Shown: positions 27,402-41,009 of the stretch, in pieces
Position numbering within the stretch: the first letter of the stretch is position 1
Layout: each line of letters starts with the position of its first letter
Source of the DNA: Chiloscyllium plagiosum
Lineage: Eukaryota
Direction: 5' to 3'
DNA length: 64,000 bases
NCBI RefSeq assembly: GCF_004010195.1
Contig: NC_057754.1
Location: forward strand, 1,818,306-1,882,305
Position numbers and translations under genes: made by a program
Notes under the pieces: generated by a model
Databases searched by the model: none
Told to the model about the DNA's origin: nothing
The model's input: only the letters and a program-made list of their open reading frames with translations

Positions 27402-27580
27402 CGGGGCTGAGAGGTGGCAAATGGAGTTTAATGCAGAAAAGTGTGAGGTGATTCACTTTGGTAGGAGCAACAGGAATGCAGAGTGCTGGGCGAATGGTAA
27501 GATTCCTGGTAGTGTAGATGAACAGAGACATCTCAGTGTCCATGAAATAGATCCCTCAAAGTTGCCACCCAGGTTGATAG
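27402..27580 (+). mobile_element. CR1 RT fragment abutting the gap
   Basis: AERWQMEFNAEKCEVIHFGRSN. Confidence 0.9.
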
Positions 27581-28059
27581 AGTTTATGTCCTTCCATATT
27601 AAAAGAGCAACCTGCAGTGGAGGGGTCTGGAACGAGTTGTCATGGTCCATTTGGGTACCAGTAACATAGTTCGGACAAGGAAAGGGGCTCTGCATTGTTA
27701 GGATGAGGAGCTAAACACAGAATTAAGAATTAGAACCTTCTTCAAATTGGTATAGGGCAAATAAAATGAAAGAAAGAAATATGTGGCTCAAACAATGATG
27801 CAGTAGAAGGGGGTGTGATTTATAGCAGTACTGGTGAAATTGAGTCAGTTCACACCTCAACTATGTTCTAGTCAGTTAATTAAGATATGGAGATTATTTT
27901 AAACTAAATAGTGGAGCAAGGGATCAACATTGGGAAGATGTGGTAAATCAAAGAGGCAAGACGAGAGAAAAATGTACTAATATGAGATAAAAAGACCAAG
28001 ACAAGAAGGGATAGAGAATACAAACCTATGAGTAAGCCAATAGATAAGGCTAAATGTAT

Positions 28060-29105
28060 AGATTAATACAGCGCAGAAAAGGCCCTTCAGCCCATTGAGT
28101 CTGCATTGACATAACTACCACTCAAGATGCGCTTGCTAAGACCAGTTCCTCACATTTGTCCCATTTCCTTGAATGTTATGATATTTGAAGTCCTCATCTA
28201 AAGATCTTTTATAGGTCGTAAGGTTTCTGGCCTCCACTCCCTTTCCAGGCAATGCATTCCAGACTCCCACCACCCGCTGAGTGAATTAAGTTTTTTCCAA
28301 ATCCCCTCTGAATCTCCAGCCCCTAACCGTAAAACTATGCTCTCTCAAGATTGACCCTACAACCAAGGGAAACAGTTGCTCTGTATTGACCCTGTGCACC
28401 CCTCATAATCTTATATACCTCAATCATGTTTCCCCTCAGTCTTCTCTGCTGTAAAGAAAACAATCCAAGCCTATCTATTCTCCTTCTCACTCAATTTCTC
28501 TGTCCTGGTGAACTGCCTCTGTACTGCCTCGAGTACTATTACATCTTCCCTGTAGTGAGGTGGCTGGAACTGCAGACAGTACACCAGTTATGGTATAACC
28601 AATGTACTTTACAACTCCAACATTACCTCCTTGCTCTTTGCCACAACTGATGAAAGCAAGTGTCCCATATGTCTTCTTAACTATCCTATTCATGTACTCT
28701 GCAGACTTCAGGGATTTGTGAATAATGCCCCAAGATCTCTTTGTTCCTCTAAACTACCCAGTGTCCTGTCATTCATTAATACTCCCTCATCTTGTTTCTT
28801 CTTCCACAGTGTATCAACTTGCACTTAATGGGGTTAAATATCATCTGCCACTGGTCTGCCGATCTGACCTCCATCAATATCTTCCTGTAACCGACAACCA
28901 TCTTCTTCACTGTTAACCACCTACCAATCTTTGTGCCATCTGCAAGATTGTTTAACATTCTCCCACATTTTCATCTGTATGATTTATGTGTGGAACAAAC
29001 AAAAATGATCCTAGTACTGATCCTTATGGTACACCACTGGACACCAGCCTCAAGTCACACAAATAGCCTTCTTCCACTACCCTTTGTGTCCTATTATTAA
29101 GCCAC
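28060..29105 (-). mobile_element. CR1-type LINE 3' ~1 kb
   Basis: SGVP*GSVLGS, NLADGTKIGR, WQMIFNPIKCK, DMIEVYKIMRG on the minus strand. Confidence 0.85.
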
Positions 29106-29329
29106 GAGGTTACAAAAATAACAAAAGGGTAAAACTAAGGGCTCTGTATCTGAATGCATGAAATATATGAATCAAAACAAACTAATGGATAGTGGAAATA
29201 GAAAAAAACAAGTATGGTCTGACAGCCATTACAGACTCAAGACTGCAGGTTGACTGACGTAGGTTGGGTATTGAATATTGACAAGTACTTGTCATTTAGA
29301 AAGGATAGACAAACAGCTGTGCTAAATAA

Positions 29330-30690
29330 TGAAGACGAGGTGTTGCACTGGGGTGGACAAAGTTAAAAATCACACAACACCAGATTATAGTCCAACAGGT
29401 TTATTTGGAAGTACTAGCTTTTGAATTAGATTAGATTCCCTACTGCATATAAACAGGCTATTTAGCCCAACAAGTCCGCATCCACCCAGAATATTCCCCT
29501 ACCCCTGACTAATGGACCTAACATTATGGATAATTTAGCATGGCCAGTTCACCTGACTTGCATGTCTTTGGACTCTGGGAGGAAACCAGAGCACCCGGAG
29601 GAAACCTACACAGACACGGGGAGAATGTGCAAACTCCACACAGACATCAAACCTGGGTCCCTAGTGCTGTGAGGCAGCAGTGCTAGCCACTGTGCTGCCC
29701 CAAGCACTGCTCCTTCATCAGGTACCTGTGGGGCAGTAAGACACAGAATTTATAGCAAAAGATCACAGCATCATACAACTGAAACGATATATTGAACAAA
29801 CCTAGATTGTTAAGTCTTTCATGTTTTAGAATGGGTTGCAGGTTTCGGTTCATTAATATGTGAATCTGAGAACTTCTTTCAAGTCACATTCTCGTGATAA
29901 CTTAAGGTTTTATTAAAAAAAAAGGTGACATCTCAGTTCAGACAATACACTAAAGGTGTGAGGTTAGAATCTGTCTGTATCCCGATCTTGAATCAGACTG
30001 GTCATAATTCCAAAGTAGGAATTTATAAAATGTTACATGGATTGACTGCCTGCAGATTGTGTGCTTTTTGAACAGAATAGAATGTATCTGCAATTATAAT
30101 TCTGCAAATGCAAATTCACCCCACAGGTGTGTGTGTGCGCGCAAGAGTGTGTACTTACGTGTGTGCATGCTTGGTAGTGTGTGTGCATGAGTGTGACTGA
30201 GTATAAGTCTGTGAGAGGGTGTGTGTGTGGAAGTTGTATGTGTGTGTGTCTGAGAGAGAGCATGTGTACAAGAGAGGGTCTGTGTGAGTATATAAGAGTG
30301 TGTGTTTATGTGTGTGTGAGAGTATAGTGTAGTGGGGTCACGTATAGTGTGCCATGAACCCAAGGTCCCGGTTGAGGCCATTCTCATGGTTACCAAACTT
30401 GTCTATCAGCCTCTGCTTGACAACTCTGTGTTGTTGCATATCCCGAAGTTCGCCTTGGAAGATGGTCACCTGAAGATCCGAGGCCGAACATCCCTAACCG
30501 CTGAAGTGTTCCCCAACTGGAGGAGGGAACATCCTTGTCTGGTGATTGTTGCGTGGTGTTGATTCATCCGATGTCATAGCGTCTGCTTGGTCTTTCCAAT
30601 GTACCATGCATCGGGGCATCCTTGCCTGCAGCGTATAAGATGGACAACGTTGGCCAAGTCACATGAGTACCTGCCGCATACGTGGTGTCA
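29330..30690 (-). mobile_element. Penelope-like element 3' part, family B: GIY-YIG remnant, CA-rich 3' region, pLTR
   Basis: Minus strand ~30340-30690 reads GRYSCDLANVVHLIRCRQGCPDAWYIGKTKQTL*HRMN...RVVKQRLIDKFGNHENGLNRDLGFMAHY; pLTR matches 913-1016. Confidence 0.85.
29426..29700 (-). mobile_element. HE1-type V-SINE inserted inside the family-B hammerhead
   Basis: Lies between ACTAGCTTTTGAA and GCACTGCTCCTTCATCAGG. Confidence 0.9.
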
Positions 30691-30989
30691 GCTTAACATC
30701 TGATATGTCAGATGCTATTCTTAACAATATTATAGGAGGGTACTCAGAAATCTTCGAGATAATCAGACAGATTCATAGAGCCATTGAGTCATACAACATA
30801 GTGGAATATTTTTATTTCTAGATCAGTAGTTTAGGTGTTAACCACAAGTTTGTTGGATGTTTCTTTTATTCAGGATAATTGAGAAGCAACTGACCATTTT
30901 GGTAATTGAATCAACATATTTACATATTATAATGGTGTGACTGGTTGAGCAGTGCGGCTTGATTAGCAGTGTCACACTCACGACAGGAG

Positions 30990-31545
30990 GTCATGCTTCA
31001 CAAGGGCACTGGTGAGACCACATCTGGAATACTGCGCACAGTATTGGTCTCCCTAATTCAAGATGGAAGTAAATGCTTTGGAAGCAATTCAGAGAATGTT
31101 TATAAGCCGATTGCCTAGAATGGGTGAGTTGTCTCATGCAAAAAGTTGTATGGGCCAGGTCTGAATCTGAAAGAGGAAGAGGTGACTTGATTGAAACATA
31201 TAAGATCCTGACGGGTTGTGACAGGGTGCGTTTGGAACGGATGTTTTCTCTTGTGAGAAATTCTAAAACAAGGGTTCAGTGTTTAAAAATAAGGGATCAC
31301 CTATTCAAGACAAAAACGGGGATAGTATTTTCCTCATGAGTCTTTGGAACTCTCTTTCTTAAAAGGCAGTGGAAGCAGAGTCTCTAATTATTTTAAAAGC
31401 AGAGATAGGGAGATGGTTGATAAGCAAGGGGTGAAATGTGAGTTGTCAAAGTAATTGGATCAAGATGATCCAATAGAATGATAAAACAAGCACTAAAAGC
31501 TGAGGGCATACTCATGCATGTAATTCGTACTGTATGTTTTTATGT
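30990..31545 (+). mobile_element. CR1-type LINE 3' fragment
   Basis: ALVRPHLEYCAQYWSP, RGDLIETYKIL. Confidence 0.85.
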
Positions 31546-31823
31546 AAAGTGTTTGCTCCCTGTTTTCACTCGAATGTCTGATGATTTGTCACGTTGCAAA
31601 CAGAATAATCTTCAAATGATGAAAAATCATGAATCAATTATTAGATAGGCCAGGAACTAAATTAACTTTATCAGTGTCAACTCAGTGCATAACATACAGA
31701 TCAGATTGTTGATGTCTTTTCAGGTGTTATAGAATTTGTACTTCAATCTCAAAGAAATAGCAAAAAAATTCTGGCGTTTGGAATTTTAAAGTACATTTTG
31801 TGAATATATTTACTTGAGTATAC

Positions 31824-32039
31824 TGTACTGAAAGGTGTTCTGTTTCCTACCTCTCACTTCAGAAATAAGGAGTTCAAATTATTATCTTGTCTTTCGGTTG
31901 CACCACCACGACAACAGAAGTGAGACTCACCGGCCTATAGTTACTAGGAGGTGTACTGAAAGGTGTTCTGTTTCCTACCTCTCACTTCAGAAATAAGGAG
32001 TTCAAATTATTATCTTGTCTTTCGGTTGCACCACCACGA
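31824..32039. repeat. Perfect 88-bp direct duplication with 40-bp CR1-derived spacer
   Basis: 31824-31911 is identical to 31952-32039; spacer 31912-31951 on the minus strand encodes PSNYRPVSLTSV. Confidence 0.95.
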
Positions 32040-32996
32040 GTCAGAGAAAACAAAACGCTTGTTAGTGTGATATTCTAACATAGTCCACTAATCAGCACAA
32101 TTCTGAACTATCACTTCATCTCTTAGTCTGTTGGAATTGTGTAATAATTAGAACAGGACACTCTGCAGTCTTGGTGGAACAAATGTTTTTGAATTTGTAC
32201 TGAGTACAATAGAAATTGCCACAGTATCTCTTACCTTAGACTTTCTGTTCCTTGACCCTTGAAAACAGATAGGTGGCAGGCATGTGCACTTGCAACAAGG
32301 GAACTCTAGTTTCCATGGGAACTTGATCTAGCTGTTGGAAAAATTGAACAGAATTACCCACCAGTTTCATTTTTTAATCCCTTACTTATAATTTTATTTG
32401 GTTGAGGTGACTTGTACTTACAGCATGAGGTGTAGTTTCCTGTTCATCACTATTATTTGATAAGCACTGCATTCCTGGTCACTGGATCAATTTTTTACAA
32501 TTCAATCCAGAAATTGTGGGTAGCTATTGAAAACTACAATGTCTATCAGCAATATAAAACAAAGCAAAGTGCAAAGCCCAATTTGCTAAACTGGGTGATT
32601 CCTTTACCCACTATGACAGTGTACGTTATTATTGGTAAGGAAACATGTTCCTACATTAATGTCTTTGCCATGGAATGCTTGGGTGTGAGCCAGATTTTCA
32701 CGCTCCACTGAGTGTCAACCTTACTGCATTCGAAATCTACAAACAGAAATGGTGGGGTAGAAAATTCAGAGAATGCCATCATCATGCTACTCTTGAGCAC
32801 CTTCTTGGGTTCACACATTGGTAATAGAGATTTAGGAGAGAGCCACAACTCTAGGGATGAGGAGGGAAAGGAACAGTTAGTTCATCCAGCTCTTTTCATT
32901 GCCAATTTGCAGATGCAAATCCAGAAATGCGCACGTCAAAACTTCTAAAGCAAAACAATCTTAGCAATCTGGGATAGATTGGACACCTAAAATTTA

Positions 32997-33307
32997 TAGA
33001 TTAGATTACTTTACAGTGTGGAAACAGGCCCTTCGGCCCAACAAGTCCACACCGACCCGCCGAAGCGCACCCACCCAGACCCATTCCCCTACATTTACCC
33101 CTGCACCTAACACTACAGGCAATTTATCGTGGCCAATTCACCTAACCTGCACATTTTTGGAGTATGGGAGGAAACCGGAGCCCCCGGAGGAAACCCACGC
33201 AGACACGGGGAGAATGTGCAAACTCCACACAGTCAGTCGCCTGAGGCGGGAATTGAACCCGGGTCTCTGGCGCTGTGAGGCAGCAGTGCTAACCACTGTG
33301 CCACCCA
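32997..33307 (-). mobile_element. Young HE1-type V-SINE with intact Pol III boxes
   Basis: CpGs retained; TGGCACAGTGG and GGTTCAATTCC on the minus strand. Confidence 0.95.
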
Positions 33308-35121
33308 CATTATAAGGATGTCCTTGTACCTCATGATCATAGATCTGGACTAGCAGCCCACTAGAGGTTGAGTTCACATGATAAGTTCTGAAATTTAGTT
33401 AAATGAATCGGCCAGCTGGTAGCAGAAACAAGAGTTCTAGGGATAAAGAATGGCATATTGTTGTAAAAGCCTAAATAGCCGTTGCCTTTCAGATAGGAAA
33501 ATCCACCCCTTTCACCTGATCTGGTCAGGCTGCATGTGCCCAGTCTAATCATAAACAGTTTCCTTAATTCATTTTGAAATGCCCCAGCAAGCTACTCCGC
33601 TGTAAAAGCAATTCCTGTTAAAGGCCCACCATCATTTTCTATGTGCAATGAGGGATGGTCATCAAAGCAGCATTATCAGTATCACGCACATTCTGGGAAC
33701 AAGTAAAAATGAAAGCCTGTCTAATTAAATATGATAGAGCGAATTCTCTATCAATAGTGTCGATGTTTGTGCCATTTTTCCTCACCTGCTATTTTTGGTT
33801 ACAGGAATGCTTTACTATAGTAACCTAAAATCATATTACAGTCTTGTTCCTTGCAACCAGTATATATGAGTCCTTTTCATTGCTCTAAATCTGAGAGCCC
33901 TTTGTGAAGTGATGCTTGTTGAAAAGCTTTCTATTTCTGCTAATTGTTTGGACAATTGCACTTTGAGTCAGCAGCATTTTATTGAAGACCAGCAAGCATC
34001 TATCATTACTTTAAAAATCCTTAGGGGAAGAAAACATTAGCTGATTGCTCACAGACTGATATCCAACTAAATGTCATTTTCTGTATATAAGGCAGGTTTG
34101 AATGTTTCTTTTGTTTGTTTAATTATTTTTGAATGTTAGCTGTTAGGTGAACATGTTTAACCTCTGCTTACATTTAATCTGCATGACATTTATTTTCACT
34201 AATTACTGTAACTGGACAGGATTTGCCAATTAGAGCAGGGTGCCTGTAGTTTGTATTAATGATAACTACTGCATAAATATGTACCGACCGTAGAATTTCT
34301 TAGGAATCACATGTTTCCCGGTTGGAAAAACTGTAATCGTGCCATAAATGTTAATCCATCTGTGCCAGTCTGTATCAGAGATGTGGAACGTGAGTACTGA
34401 AACTGACAACTGTTGTCAGCACAAAGCCATCAAATTTACAGTCTAGTTGGCATGATTTTCCGCCTAAAGGAAATCTAGATGGAGGTAGAACTGCAACACA
34501 GTGGGGCCCTTTCTGTCACTCATTCCATTCTACAGATTAAGATTCCCCTTTTGAAGAAGAACCTCATAAAATTATACTTTGCATTCCTGTATGTTTCCTT
34601 TTTGAATTGTAAACCTGAAAAAATGTTGGACTGCTCTATAGCTGAAAGACTAGGAAAGTTTTGAAATTTGAAAAAGTCAAGTGATGCAGATTTATAATTG
34701 TACAAGACAATGACGCTGTTGGGTGAGTGAGATTGATATAATACTGAGATGGAGCAGCACCAGCACTTGTTTGGACTTAAGGAAAAACTGCTTGATGATA
34801 GCCCTCAGATTGGTCCAGCAGCAGTTTATTACAAAGCTGTAAGTGCAGGGTAGCTACAGGACTCCAGAGTTGGGAAACTGGCTCTCTCGCCTTCTCCTAG
34901 TGTGAGTGAAAAAGCCTCGGTCTAATGGATCAACTATCAAAGTGAAGAATGATGATTGCATTACAGACAATAGCATGTCATCATTGCTGAAATCAAAGGA
35001 AATGTGAGAGGCAGTTTAACTTACCTGTTATGAGCTGGACTTTTGATCTTCAGAATTTTGTTCTATGTCTGTATTCTTCCTCCACCATTAAAATGTGTCA
35101 AACCAACTGTCTTTTGCCTAC

Positions 35122-35270
35122 AAAACAGAAATTGCTGGAAAAGCTCAGCTTTACTTCTGAGGAAGGATCACTCAACCCAAAACGTTAACTCTAGTTTCTC
35201 TCCATGGATGCTGCCAGCTATTTCTGTTTTTGTTTCTGATTTACAGCATCCACAGTTCTTTCAGTTTTTA
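35122..35270. mobile_element. Fold-back PLE pLTR insertion, family D
   Basis: AAAACAGAAATTGCTGG / CCAGCTATTTCTGTTTT arms; CTGAGGA...AAAACGTT decayed hammerhead; approximate TSD CTTTTGCCTAC / CCTTTGTCTAC. Confidence 0.65.
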
Positions 35271-36542
35271 TCCTTTGTCTACCTTAATCATGAGTGAATG
35301 TGTGTATTTAGAGTTTTTAAAGGACTATCAATTAAGTTGCATCGTGGTGCATCAGTAATCCTTTATTTTCTTTGCCTATTGTTAAAGTGTACAAGAATAG
35401 ATAGAGTTATTTTCTGTTAATGATGAAATGGTGTGTGAATTATTTTTCTCCTGTATTGCTGTCAATCTGTAAGGCAGATTGGTTGCCTTGATGGTCTAAT
35501 TGGATTTTACACATTTTGGGACGGCTTGTGGAACAGTGGTGTACAATTATCAGTGCACACCTCTCAGTGAAGCCCTGACACATAAATGAGGTAAACAAAA
35601 ATCCCTGCTGATTTAATGCAGAGATATCCAACCATTTGGAACTGCCAACCAGAAACACTCATCAAGATCACCAACTGGGCCAAATGTGATTTCACAACAA
35701 GGTGAACAGTCATTCACAAAATGTGAAAACCTTTTTATATCCTCAACCTGCCTTCACTGAGCTTGCCCTTCCTATCTACCTGTTCTATCGCTCTACTCTC
35801 CACCCTATCCCCACCTTTACTGATTCATCCTCACCTCTAATGCCTCTCCCTCTTTTATTTGTTCCTTTATGTATTTTTCCAGTGTCTAGCTCACTTTTTT
35901 TCTCTCCTTTCCTCACCTGCTATTTGTCATCTGTCTTCTTTAATTCTCATATAGCTTCTTATAGTTTAAAGTCCATCTTTGGCTGAAACGATCCTTAATC
36001 CCTGCTTCCAAAACATTAGTGGTTGTGAATGAAGTCTGCAAGAAGCATAATGGGGCTTGTTTGGCAGAATCTTTTTGTGCATGGCCAAAATCCACCAATC
36101 TGGGAGCAACCTTTTCTAATCCTCCAGGCATGGGAACTTGAATGAGTGTGTTGAAGGGGATAAAGTCAGCACAAAGAGGAAATTGGCAGGAGGCTTGCAC
36201 ACTAGATCAAACAAAAGTTTAAGAGCCATATCTTGGACTTCAATTTTATGGTTTAAAATGTTGCCCAGTGTGGTTAAATCATACAGACATTTCTTGATCA
36301 ACATTTGGTTTGTGGGTCTTGGCTAAAATAGCAGTAGGGGTTATTTCAGTTTATGCCATTAGCTCTGAATTCAAGCAACAGGAGGCTAACAAGGTTCCTG
36401 GATAGTGCAAACCTGTGCACATCAGATAAGTACAGGGGTACGCTTAACTGTTGACATCGCACACTATCTGAGCTGACACGTAAAATGTGGCCCTTTGCCT
36501 AAGATGTTGGAGAGAGCTCCATAACCTAGGAATCCATAATAA

Positions 36543-36800
36543 GACCATAAGACATAGGAGCAGAAGTAGGTCATTGAGCCCATCGAGTCTGCTCTGCCAT
36601 TCACTGAGATTGCGGCTGATCTGACCATCCTTATCTTCACTTTCCTTCCTTTCCCCCATACCTCTTGATTCCCTTACTGATTAAAAATTTGTCTGTCTCA
36701 GACTTGAATATATTTAATAACCGAGCCTCAACTATCTTCAGTCGTACAGAATTCCACAGATTCATAACTCTCTGCTTTAGTGGAGAAGAAATTCCTTCGC
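36543..36800 (-). mobile_element. CR1-type LINE 3' end
   Basis: CCATAAGACATAGGAGCAGAAGTAGG tail. Confidence 0.8.
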
Positions 36801-37062
36801 ATATTTATGCTTGGATTAGAGACAGTGCCTTTAAGAAAGGAACAAGAGAAATTGGAGGCAACTGGGGTAAGTGCACAAATCAAGTCAAGATGATTCAACT
36901 TCCACATATGGTTTGCTCTTTTGAATACTTGCTGTCAAGCTGTTGCAATGTCTTTCCCTGTTACAGCACCCATATGCTCACTGTTCAAATAAAATCCATA
37001 AAGTAATTATAGGAGCAGAAGATAGGAAATTAAGTTAAATTAATTCAGTATCCAGTTGATTT

Positions 37063-37190
37063 TGATATGGAGGTGCTGGTGTTGGACTGGGGTGGATAAA
37101 GTCAGAAGTCATAAAAAAATCAACTTATTGTCCAACAGGTTTATTTGAAATCACAGGTTTTCATAGTGCTGCTCTTTTTTGTCAGGTGAA
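37063..37190 (-). mobile_element. PLE family-B pLTR, degenerate
   Basis: GGAGGTGCTGGTGTTGGACTGGGGTGGA...TCCAACAGGTTTATTTG...GTCAGGTGA. Confidence 0.7.
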
Positions 37191-37699
37191 GAAGGTTTTG
37201 GAAGAAGCCTTAAATCATACCTGTAAGTGAGTGAAGTAAGATGTGTTTGTCATTTCACCTGTGCTTTGTGAATTTGATAAATTGTACAGTATGTGAACCA
37301 AAGGGATACGAAATTGAGACTTGTAATTGAAAATCTAAGGAGATGGTGAGAACTAAATTGTTTATATTAATATTCTTTTGGTTTATGGGAAACTTCAATG
37401 TTAATCCTTTTATAAAAATTGAATAGGCAATTAAAACTTAAAAGCATATCAAGTTGTCACTGTATGTAAATTTTAAGGCTGAGTGACAAGAAAAATCAAC
37501 CTCGTGTTTAGTTGTACTTGACAATTCAGTCCTGGAAACAGATCGACTTCCAACAACAACTTCTGCTTGGCACCGTTTGTAGGGCAATTGCAATTCAGCC
37601 CTGTTTTAATTAGAGACATTTTACTCCATCATTCTGAAAATGGTCTGCTTCCCACTAATTTCAGTCTTGAATTTAAGTTCTCAATTCTGGAATCTACTG

Positions 37700-38280
37700 A
37701 AATTAAACTAAACTGGGACCGGCTGTATAAGTAGAATGGCTACAAGAACACATCAGAGGCTAGGAATTCAGCAGCAAGTGGCTCACTTCCTGCTTTCCCA
37801 AAGTTATGCATTATCTACAAGGTATAGGTCAAAAGTGTGATGGGATACTCTCCATTTGCCTGGGTGAGCGCAGCTCCAACAACACTTAAAAAGCTGGACA
37901 TCATCCAGGGGAAAGCAGCCCATTTGACTGATATCACATCCATGAACATTCCCTTTATCCACCAACATTCAGGAACAGCAGTGACTTCCAAAGCCACAGA
38001 TTCTACCATTTCAAAGGACAAGGATAGTAGATGTATGGGAACACCATCACCTGCATGTTCCTCATTCTGACTTGGAAATATATCACTGTACCTTCACCAT
38101 TACCATGTCAAAATCCTGGAATTCTCTCCCTCGCAGCATCGTGGTGGTCCCTACCTCCAACCAAATGGACTGCAGCAGTTCAAGAGGATGGCTCATCACC
38201 ATCATCTCCTGGGCAATCAAAAGTGGGTAAAAAATACTGGCTCATCTCATGGCACCCACATCCCCTGAATGAATTTTAAA
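37700..38280 (+). mobile_element. Second LINE family (CR1/L2 group) 3' fragment
   Basis: IYKV*VKSVMGYSPFAWVSAAPTTLKKLDIIQGKAAHL and a GGGCAAT... tail. Confidence 0.75.
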
Positions 38281-41009
38281 GAATGTGTGCTGAGCTGGGT
38301 TGCTGTGCAAATGGGTAAACACAAAACCTGGTATATAACATCCTTCAATTAACATATATCAAGGAGATCACTAAACATCATTTAAGGTAGATGGAAATAC
38401 TTTAATATAAACCACTTAATTGCCTCACCTCCTGCGAAAGACATTGTGCTTTCCATGGGTTGAGCAGAATGTTCTCAGATAGACATTAACTTTTTAAAAA
38501 CTATAAAGCGTGTAATTGAGAACAAAGTAACTTCATATTTCTTTAATGTGGAATGCTTGCATGGGTAATGAAATGTAACATATAGTCACACTTATCCAGC
38601 GATCACAGTTAACAATATTCATAAATGAATTTGCCAGTAATGTTTATTAGAACTGAGACAATTCATCAAACTATAGAATACTTAGTGAGAGTTCTATTGA
38701 AATATAAACATCTGAAAGTACAATAATAGGTGAATTAATTTGCTATTGAGTGTTGTGTACCAAGTTCACACTCCGGATTTGTCATTTGCTGGGCAGTGAG
38801 TTGATTTGAAATCTAATCAAGAGGTTTGGATGGTTTGTATAACAAATATTAATGGATGTGGGATTGAGTTCCAGGGCTGATTCTAATTGAAGGATTTGAA
38901 TGCATATATTGAATTATGGGTTTCCAGACTTGAGTTAACAAATTGGAATCCACTTCAGATGTTTGAATTGGTGTCTATCCACCTGGAAGTGACTCAAAAG
39001 GCAAGTTTCTAATTGAATTACTCTGTTGTTGATAGAATGGCAAATACGTGGTAGTTGGTGAACTCTGATGATAGATTTTGATGAATTTAGAATAACTAAA
39101 ATGGGTGAGTTGATTATGAAGCTTTTACTGAACAATTCTTGTGATGCATTGGAATTATGCAGGAATTCCAAATGTCTTTTTTGATAGAGGTGTTGGAGAA
39201 AATTGTACACTGTACTATGGGAGTGATTGTGACCTGGCCTTTGGCTTCAGAAGGAGTGCCAAGCCACAGGTTTAAGTGCTATGATCCAAACCTCGTGATT
39301 ATATTAAACTATTCATTGTTTTCTTTTATTTCCCAATTTGATAGTTTGGTTTTGTATATGATACATTTATTGCCTTTCTTTGTAATTTGTGTTATGCCAG
39401 AGTGTGTGATATCATTCAGGTAAAAAAGACTGATTTCACTGGATGAGGAGGTGTCAGTGATTCCTCCCCCTCCAATTCTCTCTTCTGAAGGAACTGCTTT
39501 TACTGGGGTACTAATCTATGGGCACCACTAAGAGGCCTGCATACATCACTTTCCTCCCTGTGCCAGTGGAGTAGAACATCATTTGGTTCTCACCCAGATA
39601 CCATATTCCATTTGTGAGCTGAAACATTAAATTGTAACAAGCTATAACTTCATGACAGGCATCACATCTTGTCCAATATTCTTGACAATGATATTGAGGG
39701 GGTTAAGTTAGTTTGTTTAGACCTTCTCAGTTTAGGACTCTGTTATTCTAACTCATTCAATTTATCCCAATTGGATCAGCTGTTTCAGCATGACATGGAA
39801 GTTAAGCTTGGTACAGGTTCTGTCAGGTTAATGAGCACATCATATACTTTAGCTGTTGATTTACAATGGGAGTAGCCAGGTATCAACTGAACAATATTTC
39901 TGAACAATAATAGAACGTTGATACTTCATTGCACAAGAGATGGAGTGATGCAGCTAGTCCCCACAATGAATGCCTGATCGATTCTTGTGGGGCAGATGGT
40001 GAAGCAGTCCAAGTCTAGGACATGGAGGGAAAGGAAAAGCACCATTTGCCTTGTTATTGCTAAACCACTTAATGAGCTGAGGACAAACTTACATTCTGTA
40101 CTGAATATTGAGGGAGTGTCAAGAATTGATCAGTGGTTCCAAAACAATACCACTTCTTTGGCAAACCTTCACTAAGTATGCCCAGTAAAGAAGAAACCAA
40201 TACAATAACTATCAGAAGTGGCTGTTATAACTGTGAATGATAGAAGATTATTTTTGCTTTATTTGGAATGCTTTACAATTATTCATGTTCAAAGACTTAT
40301 CAAGATCAAATACTGGTGGTCGTCTGGGTTTACTTGGAATGTGTAGTTTGAAAGGAAAGAGGCAAATTATTGTGTTCTAATCCATTTCGCTTAAAATAAA
40401 CACTTGCAGGTTTTTTTCAGCACAATTCTTTCAAAGCTAGGTCAACATGATACAATTTCATTACTCCAGATTTTTGCAGAAGACTGATCTGGAATTAACA
40501 TTTCATTGCAGTTCACTTATCTTATATGTTCCCTTCTGGTAAGAAGCTGCTATCACAGCAAGCCCCATACTTAGTCAACATGGTACACCTGAAGCGAATG
40601 CCAACTGCCAGCTTGTGGGCCTCACTGATTTAAACTCCAGTTGCAGTCTTCCTAATTCATCCCTGTTTGCTGGGGAGGGCGGGGGGAAAGGATCATTAAT
40701 CTCTGGTTTTCAAAGTACAGAAGGTTATTTTGTGGGAATCACTGAAAGGAAGATGTATCCTACGATTAAACTAAAATCAAAATACTCCGCATTCTAGAAA
40801 TCAACAAAAACTAAAAGTGCTGGAAAGACTCAGCAGATATGATACAAACTGGGAAAGAGAAACAACAATTGACATCTCAAGTGAAAGCAGGCCTCTTCTT
40901 AAGAACTAAAGGAAGGTAAAAAACTGATGGGTTTTATGTTGAAGGAAGAAGGCAGTAGAGTTAAAATAAAAGGAAAGGTTTTGGATAGAATAAAAAAGCA
41001 GGATAGATT

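Noticed and set aside
26869..27669. Long ORFs of 266 and 222 aa
   Set aside because: Artefacts of translating through the N gap
31824..32039. CRISPR repeat-spacer-repeat or LTR pair
   Set aside because: Vertebrate context, only two 88-bp units, no TG..CA ends or PBS/PPT, and the spacer is CR1-derived
35025..35117. Minus-strand 93-bp exon-like segment with good acceptor and CAG/GTAAGT donor
   Set aside because: Stops in all three frames; the acceptor comes from the adjacent PLE terminus
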